64,000 nucleotides of DNA from Eledone cirrhosa (Eukaryota): contig OZ024743.1 in the NCBI GenBank assembly GCA_964016885.1, forward strand, positions 200,632,001-200,696,000, written 5' to 3'. Each line of letters starts with the position of its first letter. Position 1 is the first letter of the stretch. Below are positions 12,144 to 23,896 of this stretch, one piece after another. The notes below the pieces were generated by a model. The model had not been told where the DNA came from and made no database searches. It saw nothing but the letters and a program-made list of their open reading frames with translations. Made by a program: the position numbers and the translations under genes.

Positions 12144-12539
12144 ATATATAAGCATATACTTATATATATATATATTTATATATATATATATATGTGTGTA
12201 TGTATGTATGTATTTACACAGACACGCATATATATTTCATACATACATACATGCATGCGTACATACATACATACATACATACATACATACATGCATACAT
12301 GCATACATACATACATACATACATACATACATACATACATACATACATACATACATACATACATTTATCGCTTCGCTCGGGCTATGTAATCAAAGGCAGT
12401 GACATTCATGTCAAATTGTTGTTTTTAACTGTTCAGTCTGCTTTCTGTGGATTCTTACAACCAGTGAGGGGAAAATAAATATATGTTGCTTATGTTCAGC
12501 AAGTGCAAACAGTCTTTGGGTTTCTACTTCATCTACATC
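11239..12539 (+). repeat. Exact 400-bp direct repeat (11239-11638 = 12140-12539; offset 901), each copy preceded by (TA)n
   Basis: Constant offset at both ends, so internal microsatellite lengths match. Confidence 0.92.
11639..12098 (+). mobile_element. Degenerate 3' fragment of an RTE-like LINE with (TA)n tail
   Basis: IWRSLC and frameshifted C2H2-like HKCSDC..FKSLAGLKSHTRSAH; short 3' UTR running into (TA)n. Confidence 0.55.
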
Positions 12540-13461
12540 TCTAGCTATCTTGAATCAATTTGTTCCCATCACCACCACTACACCTAACATGGCCAGGAGC
12601 TCACCATCACCACCACTTTGCCAGTGACCAGTATTATGAATTTCACACGGCAAGGTCAAGCGGTGACCTTCTTTCATATGCTAGTAACAGATGGTCCATA
12701 GCACTGGAAAACTTTTTTGGGGTAAAAACAGAAATCTTGAAGCTGGTTGTTGTTATTCGTTTGAAGAAGAAGAAGGTGTTGGTGCCGATGTTGGTGGCGT
12801 TGCTGGTAGTGGTGGTGCCGGTGTTGCTGGTAGTGTTAGTGATGATGGTGGTGGTGGTGGTGTTGGTGGTGCTGGTGTTGGTGGTGGTGTTGGTGGTGCC
12901 GGTGTTGCTGGTAGTGTTAGTGATGATGGTGGTGGTGGTAGTAGTGGTGTTGGTGGTGCTGGTGTTGGTGATGGTGGTGTTGGTGGTGCTGGTGTTGGTG
13001 ATGGTGGTGTTGGTAGTGCTGGTGTTGGTGGTAGCGTTAGTGATGGTGGTGGTGGTGGTGGTGGTGGTAGTGGTATTGGTGGTGCCTGTGTTGGTGGTAG
13101 TGATGATGATGATGGTGGTGGTGCTGGCGTTAGTGATGGTGTTGGTGTTGGTGGTGTTGGTGGTGGTAGTGTTGGTGGTGGTGGTGTTGGTGGTGGTGGT
13201 GTTGGTGTCAGTGATGGTGGTGGTAGTGTTGGTGGTGGTGGTGTTGGTGTCAGTGATGGTGCTGGTAGTGTTGGTGGCGGCAGTGTTGGTGTTGGTGGTG
13301 TTGGTGGTGGCAGTGTTGGTGTTGGTGGTGTTAGTGTTGGTGGTGTTGGTGTTAGTGATGGTGGTGGTGGTGTTGGTGTTGGTGGTGTTGGTGTTGGTGG
13401 TGGCAGTGTTGGTGTTGGTGGTGTTGGTGTCAGTGATGGTGGTGATAGTGTTGGTGGTGGC

Positions 13462-16400
13462 AGTGTTGGTGTTGGTGGTGTTGGTGTCAGGGATGGTGGT
13501 GGTAGTGTTGGTGGCGGTAGTGTTGGTGTTGGTGGTGTTGGTGTCAGTGATGGTGGTGGTAGTGTTGGTGGTGGGAGTGTTGGTGTCGGTGGTGTTGGCG
13601 TTGGTGGTGTTGGTGGTAGTGTTGGTGTTGGTGGTGTTGGTGTTGGTGGTGTTGGTGTCAGTGATGGTGGTGGTAGTGTTGGTGGCGGTAGTGTTGGTGT
13701 TGGTGGTGTTGGTGTCAGTGATGGTGGTGATAGTGTTGGTGTTGGTGGTGTTGGTGTCAGTGATGGTGGTGGTAGTGTTGGTGGCGGCAGTGTTGGTGTT
13801 GGTGGTGTTGGTGTCAGTGATGGTGGTGGTAGTGTTGGTGTTGGTGGTGTTGGTGTCAGTGATGGTGGTGGTAGTGTTGGTGGCGGCAGTGTTGGTGTTG
13901 GTGGTGTTGGTGTCAGTGATGGTGGCGGTAGTGTTGGTGGCGGCAGTGTTGGTGTTGGTGGTGTCAGTGATGGTGGTGGTAGTGTTGCTGGTGGTAGTGT
14001 TGGTGTTGGTGGTGTTGGTGTCAGTGATGGGGGTGGTAGTGTTGGTGTTGGTGGTGTTGGTGTTGGTGGTGATGGTGTCAGTGATGGTGGTGGTAGTGTT
14101 GGTGGTGGTAGTGTTGGTGTTGGTGGTGTTGGTGTCAGTGATGGGGGTGGTAGTGTTGGTGTTGGTGGTGTTGGTGTTGGTGGTGTTGGTGTCGGTGATG
14201 GTGGTGGTAGTGTTGGTGGCGGCAGTGTTGGTGTTGGTGGTGTTGGTGTCAGTGATGGTGGTGGTAGTGTTGGTGTTGGTGGTGTTGGTGTTGGTGGTGT
14301 TGGTGTCAGTGATGGTGGTGGTAGTGTTGGTGGTGGTAGTGTTGGTGTTGGTGGTGTTGGTGTCAGTGATGGGGGTGGTAGTGTTGGTGTTGGTGGTGTT
14401 GGTGTTGGTGGTGTTGGTGTCAGTGATGGTGGTGGTAGTGTTGGTGGTGGCAGTGTTGGTGTTGGTGGTGTTGGTGTCAGTGATGGTGGTGGTAATGTTG
14501 GTGGTGGTAGTGTTGGTGTTGGTGGTGTTGGTGTCAGTGGCGTTGGTGTCAGTGATCGTGGTGGTAGTGTTGGTAGTGTTGCTGTTGGTGGTGTTGGTGT
14601 TGGTGGTGTTGGTGTCAGTGATGGTGGTGGTAGTGTTGGTGGTGGTAGTGTTGGTGGTGGTAGTGTTGGTGTTGGTGGTGTTGGTGTCAGTGATGGTGGT
14701 GGTAGTGTTGGTGTTGGTGGTGTTGGTGTCAGTGATGGTGGTGGTAGTGTTGGTGGCGGCAGTGTTTGTGTTGGTGGTGTTGGTGTCAGTGATGGTGGTG
14801 GTAGTGTTGGTGTTGGTGGTGTTGGTGTCAGTGATGGTGGTGGTAGTGTTGGTGTTGGTGGTGTTGGTGTCAGTGATGGTGGTGGTGGTGTTGGTGGCGG
14901 CAGTGTTGGTGTTGCTGGTGTTGGTGTCAGAGATGGTGGTGGTAGTGTTGGTGGTGTTGGTGTTGGTGGTGTTGGTGTCATTGATGGTGGTGGTAATGTT
15001 GGTGGTGGTAGTGTTGGTGTTGGTGGTGTTGGTGTCAGTGATGGTGGTAGTGGTGTTGGTGGTGTCAGTGATGTTGGTGTCAGTGATGGTGGTGGTGGTG
15101 TTGGTGGCGGCAGTGTTGGTGTTGGTGGTGTTGGTGTCAGTGATGGTGGCGGTAGTGTTGGTGTTGGTGGTGTTGGTGTCAGTGATGGTGGTGGTAGTGT
15201 TGGTGGTGGCAGTGTTGGTGTTGGTGGTGTTGGTGGTGCTGGTGTTGGTGATGGTGGTGTTGGTAGTGCTGGTGTTGGTGGTAGCGTTAGTGATGGTGGT
15301 GGTGGTGGTGGTGGTGGTGGTAGTGGTATTGGTGGTGCCTGTGTTGGTGGTAGTGATGATGATGATGGTGGTGGTGCTGGCGTTAGTGATGGTGTTGGTG
15401 TTGGTGGTGTTGGTGGTGGTAGTGTTGGTGGTGGTGGTGTTGGTGGTGGTGGTGTTGGTGTCAGTGATGGTGGTGGTAGTGTTGGTGGTGGTGGTGTTGG
15501 TGTCAGTGATGGTGGTGGTAGTGTTGGTGGCGGCAGTGTTGATGTTGGTGGTGTTGGTGGTGGCAGTGTTGGTGTTGGTGGTGTTAGTGTTGGTGGTGTT
15601 GGTGTCAGTGATGGTGGTGGTGGTGTTGGTGTTGGTGGTGTTGGTGTTGGTGGTGGCAGTGTTGGTGTTGGTGGTGTTGGTGTCAGTGATGGTGGTGATA
15701 GTGTTGGTGGTGGCAGTGTTGGTGTTGGTGGTGTTGGTGTCAGGGATGGTGGTGGTAGTGTTGGTGGCGGTAGTATTGGTGTTGGTGGTGTTGGTGTCAG
15801 TGATGGTGGTGGTAGTGTTGGTGTTGGTGGTGTTGGTGTCGGTGGTGTTGGTGTTGGTGGTGTTGGTGGTAGTGTTGGTGTTGGTGGTGTTGGTGTTGGT
15901 GGTGTTGGTGTCAGTGATGGTGGTGGTAGTGTTGGTGGCGGTAGTGTTGGTGTTGGTGGTGTTGGTGTCAGTGATGGTGGTGGTAGTGTTGGTGGCGGTA
16001 GTGTTGGTGTTGGTGGTGTTGGTGTCAGTGATGGTGGTGGTAGTGTTGGTGGCGGCAGTGTTGGTGTTGGTGGTGTTGGTGTCAGTGATGGTGGTGGTAG
16101 TGTTGGTGGCGGCAGTGTTGGTGTTGGTGGTGTCGGTGTCAGTGATGGGGGTGGTAGTGTTGGTGGTGGTAGTGTTGGTGTTGGTGGTGTTGGTGTCAGT
16201 GATGGTGGCGGTAGTGTTGGTGGCGGCAGTGTTGGTGTTGGTAGTGTTGGTGTCAGTGATGGTGGTGGTAGCGTTGGTGTTGGTCGTGTTGGTGTCAGTG
16301 ATGGTGGTGGTAGTGTTGGTGGTGGTAGTGTTGGTGGTGGTAGTGTTGGTGTCAGTGATGGTGGTGGCAGTGTTGGTGTTGGTGGTGTTGGTGTTGGTGG

Positions 16401-19400
16401 TGTTGGTGTCAGGGATGGTGGTGGTAGTGTTGGTGTTGGTCGTGTTGGTGTCAGTGATGGTGGTGGTAGTGTTGGTGGTGGTAGTGTTGGTGGTGGTAGT
16501 GTTGGTGTCAGTGATGGTGGTGGCAGTGTTGGTGTTGTTGGTGTTGGTGTTGGTGTTGGTGGTGTTGGTGTCAGTGATGGTGGTGGTAGTGTTGGTGTTG
16601 GTGGTGTTGGTGGTGTTGGTGTCAGTGATGGTGGTGGTAGTGTTGGTGTTGGTGGTGTTGGTGTCAGTGATGGTGGTGGTGGTGTTGCTGGTGGTAGTGT
16701 TGGTGTTGGTGGTGTTGGTGTCAGTGATGGGGGTGGTAGTGTTGGTGTTGGTGGTGTTGGTGTTGGTGGTGATGGTGTCAGTGATGGTGGTGGTAGTGTT
16801 GGTGGTGGTAGTGTTGGTGTTGGTGTCAGTGATAGGGGTGGTAGTGTTGGTGTTGGTGGTGTTGGTGTTGGTAGTGTTGGTGTTGGTGGTGGTGGTGGCA
16901 GTGATGGTGGTGGTAGTGTTGCTGGTGGTAGTGTTGGTGTTGGTGGTGTTGGTGTCAGGGATGGTGGTGGTAGTGTTGGTGGCGGTAGTGTTGGTGTTGG
17001 TGGTGTTGGTGTCAGTGATGGTGGTGGTAGTGTTGGTGGTGGGAGTGTTGGTGTCGGTGGTGTTGGCGTTGGTGGTGTTGGTGGTAGTGTTGGTGTTGGT
17101 GGTGTTGGTGTTGGTGGTGTTGGTGTCAGTGATGGTGGTGGTAGTGTTGGTGGCGGTAGTGTTGGTGTTGGTGGTGTTGGTGTCAGTGATGGTGGTGATA
17201 GTGTTGGTGTTGGTGGTGTTGGTGTCAGTGATGGTGGTGGTAGTGTTGGTGGCGGCAGTGTTGGTGTTGGTGGTGTTGGTGTCAGTGATGGTGGTGGTAG
17301 TGTTGGTGTTGGTGGTGTTGGTGTCAGTGATGGTGGTGGTAGTGTTGGTGGCGGCAGTGTTGGTGTTGGTGGTGTTGGTGTCAGTGATGGTGGCGGTAGT
17401 GTTGGTGGCGGCAGTGTTGGTGTTGGTGGTGTCAGTGATGGTGGTGGTAGTGTTGCTGGTGGTAGTGTTGGTGTTGGTGGTGTTGGTGTCAGTGATGGGG
17501 GTGGTAGTGTTGGTGTTGGTGGTGTTGGTGTTGGTGGTGATGGTGTCAGTGATGGTGGTGGTAGTGTTGGTGGTGGTAGTGTTGGTGTTTTGTGGTGTTG
17601 GTGTCAGTGATGGGGGTGGTAGTGTTGGTGTTGGTGGTGTTGGTGTTGGTGGTGTTGGTGTCGGTGATGGTGGTGGTAGTGTTGGTGGCGGCAGTGTTGG
17701 TGTTGGTGGTGTTGGTGTCAGTGATGGTGGTGGTAGTGTTGGTGTTGGTGGTGTTGGTGTTGGTGGTGTTGGTGTCAGTGATGGTGGTGGTAGTGTTGGT
17801 GGTGGTAGTGTTGGTGTTGGTGGTGTTGGTGTCAGTGATGGGGGTGGTAGTGTTGGTGTTGGTGGTGTTGGTGTTGGTGGTGTTGGTGTCAGTGATGGTG
17901 GTGGTAGTGTTGGTGGTGGCAGTGTTGGTGTTGGTGGTGTTGGTGTCAGTGATGGTGGTGGTAATGTTGGTGGTGGTAGTGTTGGTGTTGGTGGTGTTGG
18001 TGTCAGTGGCGTTGGTGTCAGTGATCGTGGTGGTAGTGTTGGTAGTGTTGCTGTTGGTGGTGTTGGTGTTGGTGGTGTTGGTGTCAGTGATGGTGGTGGT
18101 AGTGTTGGTGGTGGTAGTGTTGGTGGTGGTAGTGTTGGTGTTGGTGGTGTTGGTGTCAGTGATGGTGGTGGTAGTGTTGGTGTTGGTGGTGTTGGTGTCA
18201 GTGATGGTGGTGGTAGTGTTGGTGGCGGCAGTGTTTGTGTTGGTGGTGTTGGTGTCAGTGATGGTGGTGGTAGTGTTGGTGTTGGTGGTGTTGGTGTCAG
18301 TGATGGTGGTGGTAGTGTTGGTGTTGGTGGTGTTGGTGTCAGTGATGGTGGTGGTGGTGTTGGTGGCGGCAGTGTTGGTGTTGCTGGTGTTGGTGTCAGA
18401 GATGGTGGTGGTAGTGTTGGTGGTGTTGGTGTTGGTGGTGTTGGTGTCATTGATGGTGGTGGTAATGTTGGTGGTGGTAGTGTTGGTGTTGGTGGTGTTG
18501 GTGTCAGTGATGGTGGTAGTGGTGTTGGTGGTGTCAGTGATGTTGGTGTCAGTGATGGTGGTGGTGGTGTTGGTGGCGGCAGTGTTGGTGTTGGTGGTGT
18601 TGGTGTCAGTGATGGTGGCGGTAGTGTTGGTGTTGGTGGTGTTGGTGTCAGTGATGGTGGTGGTAGTGTTGGTGGTGGCAGTGTTGGTGTTGGTGGTGTT
18701 GGTGGTGCTGGTGTTGGTGATGGTGGTGTTGGTAGTGCTGGTGTTGGTGGTAGCGTTAGTGATGGTGGTGGTGGTGGTGGTGGTGGTGGTAGTGGTATTG
18801 GTGGTGCCTGTGTTGGTGGTAGTGATGATGATGATGGTGGTGGTGCTGGCGTTAGTGATGGTGTTGGTGTTGGTGGTGTTGGTGGTGGTAGTGTTGGTGG
18901 TGGTGGTGTTGGTGGTGGTGGTGTTGGTGTCAGTGATGGTGGTGGTAGTGTTGGTGGTGGTGGTGTTGGTGTCAGTGATGGTGGTGGTAGTGTTGGTGGC
19001 GGCAGTGTTGATGTTGGTGGTGTTGGTGGTGGCAGTGTTGGTGTTGGTGGTGTTAGTGTTGGTGGTGTTGGTGTCAGTGATGGTGGTGGTGGTGTTGGTG
19101 TTGGTGGTGTTGGTGTTGGTGGTGGCAGTGTTGGTGTTGGTGGTGTTGGTGTCAGTGATGGTGGTGATAGTGTTGGTGGTGGCAGTGTTGGTGTTGGTGG
19201 TGTTGGTGTCAGGGATGGTGGTGGTAGTGTTGGTGGCGGTAGTATTGGTGTTGGTGGTGTTGGTGTCAGTGATGGTGGTGGTAGTGTTGGTGTTGGTGGT
19301 GTTGGTGTCGGTGGTGTTGGTGTTGGTGGTGTTGGTGGTAGTGTTGGTGTTGGTGGTGTTGGTGTTGGTGGTGTTGGTGTCAGTGATGGTGGTGGTAGTG

Positions 19401-22400
19401 TTGGTGGCGGTAGTGTTGGTGTTGGTGGTGTTGGTGTCAGTGATGGTGGTGGTAGTGTTGGTGGCGGTAGTGTTGGTGTTGGTGGTGTTGGTGTCAGTGA
19501 TGGTGGTGGTAGTGTTGGTGGCGGCAGTGTTGGTGTTGGTGGTGTTGGTGTCAGTGATGGTGGTGGTAGTGTTGGTGGCGGCAGTGTTGGTGTTGGTGGT
19601 GTCGGTGTCAGTGATGGGGGTGGTAGTGTTGGTGGTGGTAGTGTTGGTGTTGGTGGTGTTGGTGTCAGTGATGGTGGCGGTAGTGTTGGTGGCGGCAGTG
19701 TTGGTGTTGGTAGTGTTGGTGTCAGTGATGGTGGTGGTAGCGTTGGTGTTGGTCGTGTTGGTGTCAGTGATGGTGGTGGTAGTGTTGGTGGTGGTAGTGT
19801 TGGTGGTGGTAGTGTTGGTGTCAGTGATGGTGGTGGCAGTGTTGGTGTTGGTGGTGTTGGTGTTGGTGGTGTTGGTGTCAGGGATGGTGGTGGTAGTGTT
19901 GGTGTTGGTCGTGTTGGTGTCAGTGATGGTGGTGGTAGTGTTGGTGGTGGTAGTGTTGGTGGTGGTAGTGTTGGTGTCAGTGATGGTGGTGGCAGTGTTG
20001 GTGTTGTTGGTGTTGGTGTTGGTGTTGGTGGTGTTGGTGTCAGTGATGGTGGTGGTAGTGTTGGTGTTGGTGGTGTTGGTGGTGTTGGTGTCAGTGATGG
20101 TGGTGGTAGTGTTGGTGTTGGTGGTGTTGGTGTCAGTGATGGTGGTGGTGGTGTTGCTGGTGGTAGTGTTGGTGTTGGTGGTGTTGGTGTCAGTGATGGG
20201 GGTGGTAGTGTTGGTGTTGGTGGTGTTGGTGTTGGTGGTGATGGTGTCAGTGATGGTGGTGGTAGTGTTGGTGGTGGTAGTGTTGGTGTTGGTGTCAGTG
20301 ATAGGGGTGGTAGTGTTGGTGTTGGTGGTGTTGGTGTTGGTAGTGTTGGTGTTGGTGGTGGTGGTGGCAGTGATGGTGGTGGTAGTGTTGCTGGTGGTAG
20401 TGTTGGTGTTGGTGGTGTTGGTGTCAGGGATGGTGGTGGTAGTGTTGGTGGCGGTAGTGTTGGTGTTGGTGGTGTTGGTGTCAGTGATGGTGGTGGTAGT
20501 GTTGGTGGTGGGAGTGTTGGTGTCGGTGGTGTTGGCGTTGGTGGTGTTGGTGGTAGTGTTGGTGTTGGTGGTGTTGGTGTTGGTGGTGTTGGTGTCAGTG
20601 ATGGTGGTGGTAGTGTTGGTGGCGGTAGTGTTGGTGTTGGTGGTGTTGGTGTCAGTGATGGTGGTGATAGTGTTGGTGTTGGTGGTGTTGGTGTCAGTGA
20701 TGGTGGTGGTAGTGTTGGTGGCGGCAGTGTTGGTGTTGGTGGTGTTGGTGTCAGTGATGGTGGTGGTAGTGTTGGTGTTGGTGGTGTTGGTGTCAGTGAT
20801 GGTGGTGGTAGTGTTGGTGGCGGCAGTGTTGGTGTTGGTGGTGTTGGTGTCAGTGATGGTGGCGGTAGTGTTGGTGGCGGCAGTGTTGGTGTTGGTGGTG
20901 TCAGTGATGGTGGTGGTAGTGTTGCTGGTGGTAGTGTTGGTGTTGGTGGTGTTGGTGTCAGTGATGGGGGTGGTAGTGTTGGTGTTGGTGGTGTTGGTGT
21001 TGGTGGTGATGGTGTCAGTGATGGTGGTGGTAGTGTTGGTGGTGGTAGTGTTGGTGTTTTGTGGTGTTGGTGTCAGTGATGGGGGTGGTAGTGTTGGTGT
21101 TGGTGGTGTTGGTGTTGGTGGTGTTGGTGTCGGTGATGGTGGTGGTAGTGTTGGTGGCGGCAGTGTTGGTGTTGGTGGTGTTGGTGTCAGTGATGGTGGT
21201 GGTAGTGTTGGTGTTGGTGGTGTTGGTGTTGGTGGTGTTGGTGTCAGTGATGGTGGTGGTAGTGTTGGTGGTGGTAGTGTTGGTGTTGGTGGTGTTGGTG
21301 TCAGTGATGGGGGTGGTAGTGTTGGTGTTGGTGGTGTTGGTGTTGGTGGTGTTGGTGTCAGTGATGGTGGTGGTAGTGTTGGTGGTGGCAGTGTTGGTGT
21401 TGGTGGTGTTGGTGTCAGTGATGGTGGTGGTAATGTTGGTGGTGGTAGTGTTGGTGTTGGTGGTGTTGGTGTCAGTGGCGTTGGTGTCAGTGATCGTGGT
21501 GGTAGTGTTGGTAGTGTTGCTGTTGGTGGTGTTGGTGTTGGTGGTGTTGGTGTCAGTGATGGTGGTGGTAGTGTTGGTGGTGGTAGTGTTGGTGGTGGTA
21601 GTGTTGGTGTTGGTGGTGTTGGTGTCAGTGATGGTGGTGGTAGTGTTGGTGTTGGTGGTGTTGGTGTCAGTGATGGTGGTGGTAGTGTTGGTGGCGGCAG
21701 TGTTTGTGTTGGTGGTGTTGGTGTCAGTGATGGTGGTGGTAGTGTTGGTGTTGGTGGTGTTGGTGTCAGTGATGGTGGTGGTAGTGTTGGTGTTGGTGGT
21801 GTTGGTGTCAGTGATGGTGGTGGTGGTGTTGGTGGCGGCAGTGTTGGTGTTGCTGGTGTTGGTGTCAGAGATGGTGGTGGTAGTGTTGGTGGTGTTGGTG
21901 TTGGTGGTGTTGGTGTCATTGATGGTGGTGGTAATGTTGGTGGTGGTAGTGTTGGTGTTGGTGGTGTTGGTGTCAGTGATGGTGGTAGTGGTGTTGGTGG
22001 TGTCAGTGATGTTGGTGTCAGTGATGGTGGTGGTGGTGTTGGTGGCGGCAGTGTTGGTGTTGGTGGTGTTGGTGTCAGTGATGGTGGCGGTAGTGTTGGT
22101 GTTGGTGGTGTTGGTGTCAGTGATGGTGGTGGTAGTGTTGGTGGTGGCAGTGTTGGTGTTGGTGGTGTTGGTGGTGCTGGTGTTGGTGATGGTGGTGTTG
22201 GTAGTGCTGGTGTTGGTGGTAGCGTTAGTGATGGTGGTGGTGGTGGTGGTGGTGGTGGTAGTGGTATTGGTGGTGCCTGTGTTGGTGGTAGTGATGATGA
22301 TGATGGTGGTGGTGCTGGCGTTAGTGATGGTGTTGGTGTTGGTGGTGTTGGTGGTGGTAGTGTTGGTGGTGGTGGTGTTGGTGGTGGTGGTGTTGGTGTC

Positions 22401-23896
22401 AGTGATGGTGGTGGTAGTGTTGGTGGTGGTGGTGTTGGTGTCAGTGATGGTGGTGGTAGTGTTGGTGGCGGCAGTGTTGATGTTGGTGGTGTTGGTGGTG
22501 GCAGTGTTGGTGTTGGTGGTGTTAGTGTTGGTGGTGTTGGTGTCAGTGATGGTGGTGGTGGTGTTGGTGTTGGTGGTGTTGGTGTTGGTGGTGGCAGTGT
22601 TGGTGTTGGTGGTGTTGGTGTCAGTGATGGTGGTGATAGTGTTGGTGGTGGCAGTGTTGGTGTTGGTGGTGTTGGTGTCAGGGATGGTGGTGGTAGTGTT
22701 GGTGGCGGTAGTATTGGTGTTGGTGGTGTTGGTGTCAGTGATGGTGGTGGTAGTGTTGGTGTTGGTGGTGTTGGTGTCGGTGGTGTTGGTGTTGGTGGTG
22801 TTGGTGGTAGTGTTGGTGTTGGTGGTGTTGGTGTTGGTGGTGTTGGTGTCAGTGATGGTGGTGGTAGTGTTGGTGGCGGTAGTGTTGGTGTTGGTGGTGT
22901 TGGTGTCAGTGATGGTGGTGGTAGTGTTGGTGGCGGTAGTGTTGGTGTTGGTGGTGTTGGTGTCAGTGATGGTGGTGGTAGTGTTGGTGGCGGCAGTGTT
23001 GGTGTTGGTGGTGTTGGTGTCAGTGATGGTGGTGGTAGTGTTGGTGGCGGCAGTGTTGGTGTTGGTGGTGTCGGTGTCAGTGATGGGGGTGGTAGTGTTG
23101 GTGGTGGTAGTGTTGGTGTTGGTGGTGTTGGTGTCAGTGATGGTGGCGGTAGTGTTGGTGGCGGCAGTGTTGGTGTTGGTAGTGTTGGTGTCAGTGATGG
23201 TGGTGGTAGCGTTGGTGTTGGTCGTGTTGGTGTCAGTGATGGTGGTGGTAGTGTTGGTGGTGGTAGTGTTGGTGGTGGTAGTGTTGGTGTCAGTGATGGT
23301 GGTGGCAGTGTTGGTGTTGGTGGTGTTGGTGTTGGTGGTGTTGGTGTCAGGGATGGTGGTGGTAGTGTTGGTGTTGGTCGTGTTGGTGTCAGTGATGGTG
23401 GTGGTAGTGTTGGTGGTGGTAGTGTTGGTGGTGGTAGTGTTGGTGTCAGTGATGGTGGTGGCAGTGTTGGTGTTGTTGGTGTTGGTGTTGGTGTTGGTGG
23501 TGTTGGTGTCAGTGATGGTGGTGGTAGTGTTGGTGTTGGTGGTGTTGGTGGTGTTGGTGTCAGTGATGGTGGTGGTAGTGTTGGTGTTGGTGGTGTTGGT
23601 GTCAGTGATGGTGGTGGTGGTGTTGCTGGTGGTAGTGTTGGTGTTGGTGGTGTTGGTGTCAGTGATGGGGGTGGTAGTGTTGGTGTTGGTGGTGTTGGTG
23701 TTGGTGGTGATGGTGTCAGTGATGGTGGTGGTAGTGTTGGTGGTGGTAGTGTTGGTGTTGGTGTCAGTGATAGGGGTGGTAGTGTTGGTGTTGGTGGTGT
23801 TGGTGTTGGTAGTGTTGGTGTTGGTGGTGGTGGTGGCAGTGATGGTGGTGGTAGTGTTGCTGGTGGTAGTGTTGGTGTTGGTGGTGTTGGTGTCAG
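13462..23896. repeat. Higher-order tandem repeat, three copies of a 3468/3469-bp unit
   Basis: Rare marker GTCAGTGGCG at 14533, 18002, 21471; GGGAGT at 13573, 17041, 20510. Confidence 0.9.
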
